Source: Peribolospora baueri (lineage: Eukaryota). From it: a stretch of 64,000 nucleotides of DNA. The stretch spans positions 1 to 64,000 of the forward strand of contig JAMDHS010000043.1 in NCBI GenBank assembly GCA_029717555.1. Direction: 5' to 3'. This document shows, in pieces, positions 10,701 to 25,045 of this stretch. Every line of letters starts with the position of its first letter. The first letter of the stretch is position 1. The translations under genes and the position numbers were made by a program. The notes beneath the pieces are model-generated. The model made no database searches. It saw only the letters and a list, made by a program, of their open reading frames with translations, and was not told the DNA's origin.

Positions 10701-13700
10701 CAGCGTTGTTGGCGCAGACGGCGAGACTCGACGGCATTCAACTTGATGCTCTGCTCCGCTACCTCATAGGTGAGTGCTTCGCCCAATGTTGATTCTTAAG
10801 GGGGTCTGGTAAACTTAGCACCTTCACCCTTTACCTTCTAAGCCTCGTTCAAGATCAACTTTAAACCAATATGGTCCGAGAACATCAAAATTGTATCAGA
10901 GCTGGCCTCACGACACGGAGAGTCTCTCTGGCAACGAGTATTCGCTGAGCTGGATCCGGCCAGCCGGCGCTCTTTGCAGGTGCTTTATCCGACCTGGAGT
11001 CCATCGCAAACTGGGGCGGAGGGACATGTGGAAGGCGACGTGTCGACCAAGGACTTCCGTTGTCCGAATTGGAAAAGGAGAAGTGGCCAGGTTCAGACAG
11101 CTCTTGCCACGTTCAAGGGCTCTACCGAGCTTTCTTTGCGAAACCACGCTCAGGTGAGATAGCAATTACGTTTATCGGGCTTTGAAATACCTGTCTGACT
11201 TGCTCCCTTCTCGCGACGCAGGCCCAAATGTCGGACGGTCGCCTAGATGTCTCCAACTACGAACTTCAGCTCCTGCAGCTGCTCAAGGCCATACCATCCC
11301 TTGCCGAAAGGCACAGCCGGCAGCTAGTAGCCCTCTTCTTCGACGTTCTTCGGCCGGCCGCTGATCTTGCCGAGGCTGTTGAGGAGACGCGGATGAGCCT
11401 TCCAAAGTCCTCACGACAACAGCTGTGCGCCTATCTCGAAGTCTTTACCAAGTTCGTCAATCCCAAGGCCCTTTACAAATCGGCCGATCTGCACGCTTTT
11501 TATATGGATCTTTTGGCCATAGGCGAGGTGAACATTCAGCGATCGGCGCTTGAGTGTCTTCTCACTTGGAAATCCCCGTCGCTGGCCCCATATGCAGATA
11601 ACCTGGACAATTTGCTCACAGAGTCCAAATTTAGGGACGAGCTGTCCAGCTTCTCTCTCTCTTTAGGCTCTGAGACCATCGACCCAGCTCATAGATCCGA
11701 GCTCATCCCTACGGTCATCCGGATTCTGTTCGGCTCCATGACGTCTAGGAGGGGGAAGGCAACGTCTGGCGCAGGACAAGGTGCTAGGAAATCAGCGATC
11801 CTGAGCGCAGTGGGCGGTTGCAGCGCTGAGGAGCTCTCCACTCTCCTCGACCTCATGCTTGGCCCATTCGGAGGTTTGCAAGCGAACATGCCTGTGTCTC
11901 CCGGGTGCTCACTCTGGTCTGAAGCTCCACGAACGTCAATGAAGCGTCAGGGCGGCTACCTCTCCCTTCTGGGAGACGTTCTAAAGCATCTCGGAACACA
12001 CGTTGTCGCATATTGGCCAGCCTTACTCAATGTGAACCTCAATCTCGCTCACCACGCGCATCAGCAGATCACCGCAGGCGAGGGAGTGCTACCGGCACTT
12101 CGGAACATACGTCAAGCTGGCATGCGACGTCTCGCGGACTTTTTCCGCAAGTCCTCAGACTTCGACTTCGGTCCCTACCTCAGCTTGGCCTTCAGCTCGT
12201 TCATCAGCCCTCGCCTGCCACTCCTGTCCCAAGAAAATATCCAGGCGCCCTCTGCGCTATTGGAGCTGTTCAGCGTCTGGTCCATACGCTCGGCCACCGT
12301 ACCGATTCTCACGGCCTACGATCGTCAGGTGCTGCCCGAACTGTATAAGTGTCTTGAGGCTCCAACGGTCAAGGCACCGGTCATCTCGAGGATCTTCGAC
12401 ATCGTCGAGCGCATGCTCGTATTTGCTAACGACGATCAGGACGGCCGGATAACGGAGGAAATGCTCAAGCCCTTCGTGCCTCAACTCTTGGCTGGCCTGT
12501 CCTCTCTAGTCAAGGCCAAGACGGTGGAAAATCTAGGCAGGGAGGATCTGTTCAAGCGTCAGATAACCATTCTTGCCGACATCGCTTCGTATGTGACCGA
12601 CGCCGATGCTGCGTCCAAGGTCCTGGCGCTTCTGTCACCGATGATGCGCAAGTCCCATCGGCAAGTTCCAGAAAAGGTCAAGGCTGACTTGTTGAAGATC
12701 TTCAAAGACTTGTTCGCCTTGGTGCCCGAGTTCCGTGATCCGAAGAGCACTTTCTTCACCCATCACTACGACATGTTCTCCAGCCTCTTCGCAACCCTCC
12801 GTGGCCGGGTGAGCCGCGTGATGCTCGTCGGAGCTTTTCGCCAATTCTCTCTGTCGGACCCCTCCTTGACCTCGACTTGCGATGTAGTCGAAGACCTTAA
12901 CTCCTTTTCGGAGCGCCGGATCGAAGAGCCAGATTTCGATCGCAGGCTTGCTTCGTTCGCTAAGCTCAACGATGGCCAAATATCGTGGAATGCGACTCAG
13001 TGGCTTCCTATCGTCCACAACATGCTTTTCTTTATCCAGGATGTAGACGAGCTCTCCATCCGGACCAATGCTGCGGCCGTCCTCCGGCGCTTCGTGGACC
13101 TAGCTGCACAGGTTCAGGAGACCGCGTTTGACGCGATCTTCTCTCGTGTCTTATATCCAGGCCTCCTGAAGGGGCTTCGATCGAAGGCCGAACTGGTCCG
13201 GACGGAGATCTTGCACGTTCTTGGCGACGCCGTCAAGAAACTCGGTAGACTGCAAGCCCTCGATGAGCTTGTCGGTCTCCTCGCGGGGGGGGACGACGAA
13301 GCCAGCTTCTTCAACAATGTTCACCACATTCAAGTCCACCGCCGAATCCGGGCTCTACGTCGCCTCGGAGATCAAGCAGAAGAAGGCGCCATTCGAAGTC
13401 GTACTCTGGCGGATGTGTTCGTGCCTCTGGTCGGTCACTTCGTTGCGGGCAATGCCGACATTTCCGACCACAACCTCCTCAACGAAGCGATTTCTTGCCT
13501 CGGTCGCATGTCTCGTCAACTGCAATGGTCTTCCTACAATGCCCTTCTCTGGCAGCATCTCAATGCGGCCAAAGCTGGCGCTGAGAAGGAGAAGCTTTCG
13601 ATTCGGGCGGCTACCTCTGTCTTGGATAATTTCCACTTCGACATGGAAGCGGAAACGGATGTCGTCGCCGAACATGAGGGTGGTCAGTCCGACATGGAGG

Positions 13701-16700
13701 ACAAAAACGCTCCCAAGTCGATGGCGATCGATTCGATCAAGGTTGCAAACGCCGTCACCAGTCGTCTGCTGCCATCATTGATGCGATATATCGAGCAAAA
13801 GGACGAGGCTGATGACGTCGTCCGAGTGCCCATCGCAGTCGGGATCGTCAAGGTCGCCCAGCGTCTTCCTGAGGCGAGCCGCAAGCTCCATGTTGTCAAG
13901 CTTGTCCGCGCCCTCTGTCACGTCCTGCGAAGCAAGTCCCAGGAGACCCGCGACATTGCCAGGGAGACCCTCTGCAAGATAGCAATCCTTCTCGGTCAAG
14001 ACTATCTGCCGGTGTTGGTGAAGGAGCTTCAGGGCGCGCTGACTCGTGGACCTCAGAAGCACGTCCTGGCGTACGTCGCACACGCTCTTCTCGTCCATGT
14101 GACGACTGCTCCCGAACCCTTCACCAATTTGGTCGGCGGGGTCGACGATTTCGTCCATATTGCCGCAGACGACATATTCGGCGCTGGCGGCCAAGACCGC
14201 GAAGCGATCGATATGAAGTCAAAGATGCGTGAAGTCAAGACGTCGAAGAGCAGAGACACTTTCCAACAGCTTGCAAAGGTCGTCGCGCCGCATCGCACGA
14301 GCGCCATTTTGCTGCCTTTGCGTGACATCATGCAGCAGACCGCGTCGTTGAAGACGATGACTGAAGTCGACGACGTTCTCCGACGCATCGCTTCGGGCCT
14401 GAACAGCAACCAACACTTCGATGCCGAGACATTCCTTGTCCTGTGCCATACTCTGATCAGCCGGAACGCTCAATTCCTCCGGCCGCCTCGACGGACTCCT
14501 GGCAAAAAAGGAGACATGCGCAACCGCTTCGTAGTCAAGCTGAAGTTGGATGAAACCGCTAAAGATTCCGATCAGGGCCACTTCGCTCAAAATGCTCACC
14601 GTTTTGTGGCGCTCGGCCTCGACCTTTTCGTAACCGCTTTCCGCCGAACCCGCTTCGATTTCAAGGATGCCGAAATCCTGGCACGGCTCGAACCGATGGT
14701 GTCTGTGGTTGGCAACTCTCTGTACTCGTCCGATGGTGGCGTCGTCAGCTTGGGTTTGAAGGCGACCGCAGCCCTTCTTCGATGCCCTCTATCGAACTTG
14801 GATCACTCGCTGCCCGTCTTCATCAAGCAAATCTTCAACATCATCGATCGGTCTGGTAGCAGCGAGTCCGAAGTCGTCCAAACTGCCCTCAAGACGCTCG
14901 CCGTCGTCATCCGTGACTGCAAAGCCGCCAACGTGACGGAGAGCCAGCTGACGACACTGATGCAGCTTATTTCGCCCGATCTCGAGGAAACCGACCGACA
15001 AGCGACGCTTTTCTCTCTGCTTCGTGCTATCGTGTCTCGCAAGTTCGTCGTACCCGAGGTATACGAGGTGATGGACAAGGTTTCCGAAATCATGGTCACG
15101 AACCAATCAGGCCAAGTGCGCGAGCTCTGCCGAACGGTGTTCCTGCAGTTCCTTCTCGATTACCCGCAGGGTCGGGGACGGCTCAAGAATCAAATGAACT
15201 TCCTGGCCAAAAACCTTTCGTATGTCTTCGAGAGCGGACGGGTGTCCGTCATGGAGCTGCTCAACGCCATCTTCACGAAGTTCAGCCCGGAGATCATTCG
15301 CGAGTACGCCGACCTCTTCTTCGTCGCCCTCGTCATGACACTTGGCAACGACGATTCAGCGAAGTGCCGAGACATGGCTTCCGAGTTGCTCAAGATGCTG
15401 CTGAAGAGCTACGACGATGAACAGCGTGACAAGTCTTTGTCCATGGTTCACACCTGGGCCACCCAGTCCGATCACCCTCAGCTCGCCAACGTTTCTGCCC
15501 AGCTCTACGGATTAGTCATAGATGCCTTCCCGGAGTCTTCAAAGTCCTGGTCTCATGTCGCTTTCCAGGACCTGGGCACCATACTCATAGAAGTTGCGGA
15601 CGAGGTGCAGGAGCTAGAACAAACCGAAGTCGACCCTGTGCAGCTCGGCCTCGATTGGAAGTCTCCACATCAAACCCTCGTCACGCTCGGCAAGCTGCTC
15701 AAAGTAGCGGCGAAACACTTCGACTCCGAGACAGGCGCGGCCGTGTGGCGGTCTGTCCGCGTGCTCCTCCTCTTCCCGCACAATGCGGTTCGCACTTCGG
15801 CATCTCGCCTTCTCGGCGCCCTCTTCGGTGCCTCCGAAGTACGACCGCCAACGACGGCTGATCCGTCGGACCCTCTGTCGCTCGCAGCATTGATCGAAGT
15901 GGCGCGCAAGCTATCGCTTCAACTGCGGACGGATGATCTGGACGAGAACATGAGTCTCCAGGCGGTGAAGAACCTCTTGTTCATCGGCAAGTGTTTCGCT
16001 AAGCTTGCGCCCGTAGACGAGGACGGCGATGGCGAAGATGGCGATGGAGCCGGTGAAAGGGAAGGAGAGGACGAGGAAGAGGAAGAGGACGAGGAAGAAG
16101 AGGAAGACGAGCAAGAGGGGATGGAGGGGATGGAGGACGAAGGAGGGGACAAGAAGGCCGAGGAAAACCCTCTGCCTTGGTTGTTCTCCAAGCTGTCCCA
16201 TCAAGCCAGAGCTGCGCATACGGCGCGGCCATTCGCCGTTACCTCTTACGTGGGTGTCGGTGTCTCCCTCATCTCCGTGACGTTTATGCTCCCCCTTTTC
16301 CTAATGCCCAACTGACTGACAGCGATCACTCATTGCCGTCTCGGCCCTTCCAGACTCCGTGGTCCCAGCAGCCAGCGTCCATCTTCCGGTGGTTCGCGGC
16401 GATGGCGTCAGCGCTCGAGCCGGCCGTGCTCGAGAAGTACCTTCCTCACATCCTCGGGCCCCTGCTTCGCGTCCTTGATGACACCGCGGTGAAGGACAGT
16501 CAGATGGGTGAGTGCACTGACCCCTTTCGGACGAACCTTGCCCGTCCGTCTCCTCGTCCGAACCTCCGAGAAAGGACTGACGGGAGCCGCTCGAAACCTT
16601 CTCGTTCGACTCAGACGAGCTCCGCACGCTCGCCCGCGAGGTGCAAGAGCTTGTCCAAGGCAAGGTGGGCGCGACGGCGTTTAGCGCGGCGTACAACCGG

Positions 16701-17051
16701 TGCAAGCAGAGGATGCTCGACGTGCGGCGCGAGCGCAAGATGGCCAGGAGCATGCTGGTGAGTCCCGCGGGATTCGCCTCTTTGTCTGTCATGAGCGTTT
16801 TCACGTTTTCGAATCTCCCACCGGATCGGGCGGCGGGGCAGCTGGCTGAGATGAGACCACTTTTTTTCGTTCCGTTCGTTCCCTTCCACCCCGTCCCGTC
16901 ATCCGTTCATCAGGCGGTGACCAACCCAGAAGCGGCTGCCCGACGCAAAGTGAGGCTAAGCGAGAACAAGAAGGCGAGCCGGAAACGCAAGGAGCGCGCG
17001 TTCGCGGAGAGCAAGGGCAAGGGAAGGGCGAAGAAGCGCCAGGTCGGTTGA
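7760..17051 (+). CDS. UTP20: U3 snoRNP / SSU processome HEAT-repeat protein Utp20, multi-exon
   Basis: N-terminal YRSFNDRVSSIHID...HFGSSLSQWRELNLS...SLPLLLHHREEI; one exon of about 5 kb with FVNPKALYKS, FRDEL, EEPDFDRRL, ASFFNNVHHIQVHRR, LRSKSQETRDIAR, QFLLDYPQG, NLSYVFESGR; C-terminal AVTNPEAAARRK; stop at 17051. Confidence 0.95.
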
Positions 17052-17307
17052 TGAGGTGGGATGGATGCGTATCGTAGCACGCGTGCGTGTCTGGCGGTCA
17101 CAATTCGGGTTTCTCGTCCCATCCTCATTCCTTACGTAGATATACGTATGTGTCCGAGCAAAAGAGTCTGTCGCACGTCGGCTTCCGCGGTAACATGTCA
17201 TGCTACGCTACTCATCTTGAACACGGCGACAAAAAAAGGGACAGAGTGAAAGAGCCCCCCACCCCCCCCCCAGCCCCCGGTCCTCGCCACGAACACGCGG
17301 AATCTGA

Positions 17308-19410
17308 TCACATGTGGGGTTTCAACGCCTCTGAATCGCCGCCTTCCGGAGCGTCTGCCGGCTTCACACTCGAATCAGGCTCGCTCGCGGCGGCGGAGGA
17401 CTCGGCGGGGGCGGCAGTCATCGGATGGGTCTCAAGGTCAGAAGCGGCGGATGGGGCGGGAGAGGTATGCTTGTCGAGCCAGTCGATGACGTCGGAGAGC
17501 ATCTCCCTCTTGCACAAGTCGTTGTGCAGCTCGTGGTAGCCGCCTTCATACGTGCCTGTAAGGGGAAAAGAAAAGGAAGGGTAGGAGGGGGTAAACGAGC
17601 GGACCCGGTTCCAGTGTCGAACGGACGGACAGACAGACGGTGCCGATAGGGCGGAAGGCAAGGGAGGGAGAAAGGCTCACGATAAATCTTATCGTCGGCC
17701 GTGATCTTGCCAAAGAACTCCTCGGACGCAGGTTGGCTCGTCACGCCATCGTCGGCACCGTGATAGAGGAGAAGGGGTAGCGTGGCGGGGTAGTTGACGT
17801 AGTCCTAAGGAACACATGAGGAAGAAAGAAAGAAAGAGTTGAGGCGAGAAGCGCGAAGGAGGCGGGTGATGGTGGCGTGGGAGGAGCCGGGAAAACGGTC
17901 GCTCACCTCGGTCACGAGGCGCAGACCACCGTCAAGGGAATTGGCGAGGCATCCAAACTAGATGAGGCGGAGGGAGGCGAATTTGTTTGTGAGTTGCATG
18001 GAGGCGCGCTCGCTCTCCGACGAGGACGATGGAAAAGGCCCAGTTCTCACGGTTACCAAGCCCTTGCTGCGTGCGGTGCGAGGACCAGGTGGGACAGAGG
18101 CCAGGATGTCAGTCACGACGGAACACCAAGCAATGGTTCGGTTGCGGGCATTTCTTTTTTCAAGGCCACGCCGAGCCCGACTCGAAGGAGACCGTAGAAA
18201 GACGGCGGAGATGAAGGCTCACCAGAGAGGATTGTTCCTGAACTCCTCCCTGACCTCCGGGATCCTGCTGACAGCCTTGGCGTCGATATGGGCTGTGAAA
18301 GGCATGTGAGGGAAGAGTTTCGCAAAGAGAACGCCGGCCCATTTTACGATGGGCAAGGGAGGCTCGGAAAGGCGGATCCAAGGAGCGGAGGAGACGACGC
18401 CGGTGAGGAGGGACACCGAATCTTGCGACGGGATGGTGGGAGAATAATGCGAGTGCGAGGAGCGAGTGACGAAAGCCAGGACGAGAGCGCCTCCCATCCT
18501 GAGGTGGCATAGGGGGGGTAAGGAGGTGAATGGAAAGACCGAGTGGAGGTGAGAACGGGAAGAAGAAGGAAGTCTTGGCCATTCGGGTTCTGTCTGTCGG
18601 GCTGGCTAGACGACTCACGAATGGCCATACAAGAACAGCGGTACATCAGGCCGCTCGCTCTTTTTCTCTTTGACAAAGTGCTCGATATCGGCCAACGCCT
18701 CGGGCCAGGACGTCTTTCCCCTGTCTGAGGTGAACTTGGTGTAGTCTGGCGGGCTGGCGGCTGATTTTCCGAAACTGGATGAAGGGAGGAGGGGGGGTGC
18801 TGAGCCGGGGAAAGACGGCGAGGTTGGAGACTGGAGAAAACTCACCCTCGTTGGTCGAATGCAAAGACCTTTGTAAAACGTCATGGCAGCGCCGGACGGA
18901 GGGGAGGTGAGCGATGCCGTTCCTTCCATCCTACCTCTTCGAGCACGCACGCCCTTCTCACAAATGCTCACCTCGTACCCGCGCTCAGCGAACCTGGGAA
19001 ATACGTCGTCATAGCGTTCGATGAACTCGACGAAGCCTACGGTTCGGAAGAAAGCGAGCCGCAAGGCCGGCGTGGTGAGCGAAGGTGGTCGCCGGTGGGA
19101 ACCGACGCGGTGACAGACGCCATGGTCCGATCCGGGCGTGGGAAGGCGAAGCAGGAAGAAGCGAGCACATCTCCGAAAGCGCAGCACGAGTGTGCGAGCG
19201 TCTACAGCGGGGCCGACGGACGGCGGCCTACACCGCTTAGTGGGTGACGCACGAACGGGGCACTGAACTCGACGCACCGTGGACAAAGACGAGGACGGCG
19301 CGCGGAGGGACGCCGTCGGGCGGGGACCAGGTCTTGGAGAAGAGACTGGCGCCGTCTGGAAGGCGGATCCAATCAGATTTGACCTGAATGGGCGAAGATG
19401 GCGAGGACAT
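17308..19410 (-). CDS. Alpha/beta hydrolase, monoglyceride lipase / lysophospholipase (Yju3-like), multi-exon
   Basis: MSSPSSPIQVKSDWIRLPDGASLFSKTW...AVLVFVHG/FVEFIERYDDVF; nucleophile LYGHS/MGG split by an intron; PLLLYHGADDGVT; YEGGYHELHND. Confidence 0.9.
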
Positions 19411-19840
19411 GGCTAGGGCCCGACGAGAAGGGGAGGGGGGATGGGGGGAGAAGGTGCAACGCGGGGGGTGCCCGTGCCCGATTCCATCCCCATTCACGTG
19501 AAGTAGTTGGCTCTCCGAGCTGCGGCCATCCGTCGGGTCGGCGGACGCGGTCGGTTGCGAGGTCCGACGGTGCTTCCGGCCAGTCCACCTCCGTCCCCCT
19601 GGCGGCGGCCAATTATTAGCCGTCGGCGGTAAGCGAAGAAGGGCACACGTCCGCTCGGGTGCACGGGCAGGGCACATGCGCTTGGTTGGTTGGCGACGCC
19701 CACACACGCGAGCCAGAAGACGGCGCCTAGCCACCTAACCTGTCCATGTCCCCAGCTGGAGCGCTCGAATGCTCCGCTCCTCCGCTAGCGCAGCGCAGCT
19801 CGAGAGGAGAGCGGAAAAGAAGCGCGATGCGACGTGTGAC

Positions 19841-19938
19841 GTGGGGTGTGGGATGTGGGGTGTGGGATGTGGGATGTGGGATGTGGGATGTGGGATGTGG
19901 GATGTGGGATGTAGAACGTGGAACGTGGAACGTGGGAC
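19841..19938 (+). repeat. Heptamer tandem repeat (GTGGGAT)n grading into GTGGAAC, 14 units
   Basis: Ten GTGGG(A/G)T units at 19841-19910, then gtagaac gtggaac gtggaac gtgggac. Confidence 0.95.
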
Positions 19939-21072
19939 GTCCTAATCCATCTCGCGGTGCGCAACATAGTCCGCGAGTTGGGACTGGCGGAGAGGACAGG
20001 CGGGACGAAGAAAGAACCATTCTCGCGGGCCATCGCATCGCATCATTGCATAACCTCTTTTTTCGCATCCCTCGCACCTCGCTCGATCCGGCCCGCCTCT
20101 TAGGTTGAGCCGGCGGCCGGCCAGGCTAGGCCAGGCTAGGCCAGGCTTAGCTTGCTTTTGTGCGAGGATCAGCTGGTTGAGCGGCTGATCAGCTGCTAGG
20201 CCACGGCAAGCAAGCCACCGCGCGCCGGTCCGTGTCCGCCCTTTCTTCCATTTCCTCCAAGTCGCCGAAATTCGTCATGCTCATGCTCGTTATGCTCGTC
20301 ATGCCCTTGACTCAGCCAGGCCGGCCGGCTCGGCCCGGGGCAGGGGCACGATGGCACGATGGCACGATGGTACGGTGGGGAGATGTATGGGTTGGGACCA
20401 TGTGGTAGCGCCCGGCAGTGCCGGACGTATGGACGAGGCTTTCCGGGCGCGCTACAGGAGTCTTGTTGTTCCTCTATCTTATGATGCTCCCATTTCTTCC
20501 GCGTCTGAGCTCGTGATCAGCTGGGGCAGCCGAAGAGGGATCGAATGCGAATCAGAGCCGAGCGGCGGCTGGAATGTCAAACACTTCCAACGTGCGCTCC
20601 TCGTCCTCCACCTCGGTCGCCGTCGCTGCCACCGCCGCCCCCCGTGTTTCCCTTCTAGCGAGCGGCTCGCGCTTCCTGTTGCAGTATCGTATACCAGAAC
20701 GCCGCTGGGCGTCCCACGTTCGAATCGATCCGTCCTGCTCCCCCCAACAGAGACACGGACACGGACACGGACACGGACGCGGGCGGAGGGGCGGACGACG
20801 AAAAAGAAAGAGGACAGGGCAAGACAGGACGGGTGCGCTGCACGCTCGGCTTGGCCTGGTCTGGCGGCCTCGCCTGCCCCCGTCCTGCCATCCCTTCCGC
20901 CTTGTCTGGGGGGGACGAGTAGATAGATAAGACAAGCCGGTCGCCAGCCAACTGGCGTCCCCTGCTTCGCCTACTTGCTCCTCTTCTCCCTTCCAGCCGC
21001 CCTCATCGACGTACGCTGCCCTCTCCATACGGCTGACGATCCACGATCAACCCGAATTCACTGCCTACCACC

Positions 21073-24000
21073 ATGGCTCCTCCCGCCGCCGCCGCCGCCA
21101 CCACCAACTTGAACGACATGACACCTGCGCGGGTCGTGAAGCACGGCGACGTCGCCCGTGCCAACCCCTCCCCCGTCGGCGCTCTGGCCACCGAATGCGT
21201 CGTCTCGTGGGACAGACTGAGCGCCTTGAAGGCCCCGGGCGCCGCCGTCGCGCCGCAAGTGGATGGGGAGACGATGACCATTGCCGATGTCGTCGGCGTC
21301 GCTCGGTGAGTGTCGTCTCGTCTCAGTCCGCGGGCGGCGCTCGACGAGACACCGCATCCAGCCGGTTCGAACCGAACCGCCATGCCGTGAGTGCGACGTT
21401 GGATCGACATGTCCCTTCCTTCCCCCCGCTTTCTCCCTCTTCAGCTACCATGTCGTACCCCGTCTCTCCACGTCCCGCTTTGTGCGTGCCCGCGTCGATG
21501 CGTCGGTCAAGAGCCTAGCCACCAAGCTCGCCCGCGGTGAGAGCCTGTACGGCATCTCGACCGGCTTCGGAGGCTCCGCAGACAGCAGGACGAGCGACAT
21601 GCACTCTTTGCAGGTGAGCCCAAACCGAGGGAGGCGCACCGGTGCGGTCGAGAGGACAGAACAAGCGGCGCGCCAACACACTTTTCCATACATGTCGCAG
21701 ATCGCCCTCCTCCAGCACCAACAAATCGGCATCCTTCCGTCCTCCGCCTTCGACCCTACTCCCACCAAACCTCTCACCAACGGCGACGATCAAGAAGGCG
21801 AGACTACGCTCAAGCGGCCCCTCGGCCTGTCGACCGACGACTTTGCGACCCTGTCTATGCCTGAGAGCTTTGTTCGTGGCGCTATCGTCGTCAGGATGAA
21901 CTCTTTGCTCAGAGGCCATTCGGGCGTGAGGTGAGCGAGCGACCTACGTCCTGTCCATCCTCTTTTCTTTCTTTTCTGACTCGTCGGCCATCTCCTACCT
22001 ACGTTAACCCTGACAGATGGAGTGTCGTGGAGAGCATGGAAGAGCTTTTTTTCGCCTCACCCCTCGGGCCCGTCACCCCGCTCGTCCCTCTCCGCTCTTG
22101 TGAGTCTCCCTTCGCACCCCTCGTCGAACTACGAGGCCGTCCGCCTGGTGGCTGGCATGAAGATGTGAACGAATCCGATTGGTTCATCCTGCCCGCCTGC
22201 CTGCCTTTGCCATCCCACATCGTAGCCATCAGTGCCTCCGGGGACCTTTCACCCTTGTCGTACGTCGCCGGCACCCTCACGGGCAACCCGGGCCTTCGCG
22301 TCTGGCACACAGCGTGAGTGAAGGCCCACTGTCGGGGAGCCGCATACGCCCCTCCTCCCAGCCAACAAGCATCCACCCTACGGCTACATAGACAAGCCGT
22401 CAGTCATATACGTCCCGTTGAAACCTCTCCTTCCTTTTCGACGTCCGCCCGCGCCCCCTCGCCTGCCATCTCCTTTCTTTTCCGAGCAGCAAGGACGGCT
22501 CTCGCACGCTCCTCTCCTGCGACCAGGCTCTCAAGATGCACGGCGTCGATCCCATCTCGTACGAGCCCAAGGAGGCCCTAGGCATCCTCAACGGTGAGTG
22601 CCGCCATCGAATCCGTCATCGCGCCGTCGTCGTCGTCTCCCTCGTGTTCCAGTCGTCATCGTCTCCGACGTCGGTCTGACGTCCGAGCGATCTCACCCCG
22701 TCTTCGACTGGACGATCGGACTCGATTCGACTCGGACACGCACGCGTTCTCAGGTACGGCTTTCTCGACCTCCGTCGCCGCTCAGGCGGTGCACGACGCG
22801 AGTTTCCTCGCCCTCTTCACCGAGTTCACCACCGCCATGGCCGTCGAAGCTCTCTCTGGCACCGACGCCTCTTTCGATCCGTGAGTACTAACCACTCACT
22901 GGCCTTGCCTCATTGCGTCCATCCCACGCCTTCCTTCCACTTACCACTTCTGGACGCCGCGCCGTCCTTTCTCGCTCCATCCCTCGCCGGCTTCGTCCCC
23001 GTCCACCGCTAGCTTCATCCACGACATCGCCCGACCCCACCCGGGCCAGGTCGAGAGCGCGGCGACGGTGCTGAGCCTCCTGAAGGGCTCCCGCCTCGCC
23101 CAGCACATCGCGGACGAGAAGGTGGCCCTCATCGGCGAGGACGACGGTATGCTCAGGCAGGATCGGTACCCTTTGCGTAAGTCGTCCCCGACTGACGGCA
23201 CTTGTCCCGCATCCCGTCGATCGAACCCGACTCGCAGGCTAATTTCCTCTTGACCTCCTTTCCCTCCCTGGGCTTCGCAGGCACCGCCGCGCAGTGGATC
23301 GGACCGCAGCTCGAAGACATCCTCGCGGCGCGCCGGACGATCGAGGTGGAGATCAACAGCACGACGGATAACCCTCTCATCGACGTCGAGAGGGACCACT
23401 GCGCTCATGGAGGTAATTTCCAGGTGAGTGCATGGCCGCTGGCCAGGATGATGGAGGAGGCGGATGAGATCGGCGCTCTGACAACCCTCGCCTCGCCTGT
23501 GTCGCGACGCAGGCCATGGCGATCACCAACGCCATGGAGAAGGTCAGGCTGGCGCTCGCCCACTTCGGTAAGTCGCCTCCACCCGCGCAAATTCGTCGGG
23601 GCGGGCAAGCTTACCTTGCCGCCTCCCACCTCCGTCGCGCAGGCAAGCTCACCTTCTCTCAGCTCACCGAGCTCATCAACCCCGCCATGAACCACGGACT
23701 TCCGGCCAATGTGAGTTTGACCGTTCCGAAGGGAAGGCCACGTCTGGAAGGACGTCTTGATTTGATTTGATGTCGATGTCGCGTCTCATGTCCGTGTAGC
23801 TCGCTGCGACCGATCCGTCGCTCAATTTTCACGGCAAAGGCATCGACATCGCCATGGCCGCCGCCACCGCCGAACGTGAGTCGTCCTCAACGTGCCCAGA
23901 GATCGGGACGAGAACCGGAGCTGACCTGTCGCCGTGCTTACCTATCCTTGTTTTCTGCAACACCTCCTTGGGTGCTCGAACGGGTAGTCGGCTTCCTCGC

Positions 24001-25045
24001 TTCGCCCGTCTCGACGCACGTCCAAAGCGCCGAGATGCACAATCAGGCTGTCAACTCGCTCGCGCTCATCTGCGCGCGCAAGACGGTCGAGGCGGTCGAG
24101 GTGCTGTCGATGGTGAGTTCGGGCGGCCGTTGACATTCGTTCAGGCGCTGGCTGGAATGATTTAGATAGGCATTTCAGCTCACGCCGATCCATCGTTTGT
24201 CCTACCTGTCGCTAAGCTCCTCTCGTGGAGCGTCTACCTCCTCTGCCAAGCCTTTGACCTCCGCGCGCTCAACTACGAGGTGGGTCGCCAACTGGAGAGG
24301 TACGTCATCGAATCTGTGGGGACCCGGTTTGGCAGCAGGCAGCTCGGTGCGGCTGTCTACCATCGGCTCGACCGGCGGCTCGCGGAGCGCACGAACATGG
24401 ATCTGGACGCGCGCGTGGAGGAGGCTTGCGCGCACGCCAGCTATGCGCTCATGGATGGGTGAGTCTCGGTTGGCGCTAGCGGTTCGCAGCATAAGAGTTT
24501 TGGCGGGGGGGCCGTTCGGACTTACTCTGCTCCGTTACCTCCGTCGTCGACGAGAAGCTTCGACAGTACGTCCGTTTCCAAGTCGAATGGACTGGATCAA
24601 ATCATTGCCTGGCGGAACGAATGCGCCGCTTCCACCAAGCGCCTCTTCCTCTCCACCACCGAGACCTTCCTCACTTCCCCGCACGCGTGCCGTGCCTCTC
24701 CGTTCCTCGGTAAAACGCGGGCGGTGTACGAGTACGTGCGCAAGGACCTCGGCGTGCCGATGCATGGATTGGAGAACTTTTTGCGCTTCAAGGGGGAGAA
24801 GGGACAGGTGCACGAATCGATCGGCGAGCGCGTGTCCAAGATCTACGAGGTACGTCCTCGGGTCCTCCTTGTTTACCGTGATTTGCAGTCTCGGCGGGGC
24901 GCTGGGAGACGGCTGACGCGCCCCGCGATCGCTCCTATCGTCCTTTCCTGCATCCGCGTCCCCCCTCCCGTCACTCGCGACCGACCAGGCCATTCGCAAT
25001 GGCGACCTCTACGCTGTCCTCGTGACCACCCTCAAAGCCGCCTGA
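21073..25045 (+). CDS. PAL: Phenylalanine/tyrosine ammonia-lyase (MIO-dependent aromatic amino acid lyase), about 15 introns
   Basis: [59 protein letters not shown] (MIO Ala-Ser-Gly at 22234-22242), [58 protein letters not shown]; stop at 25043-25045. Confidence 0.96.

Noticed and set aside
19841..19938. CRISPR-like or telomeric array
   Set aside because: Spacer-less heptamer tandem in eukaryotic DNA; not TTAGGG.
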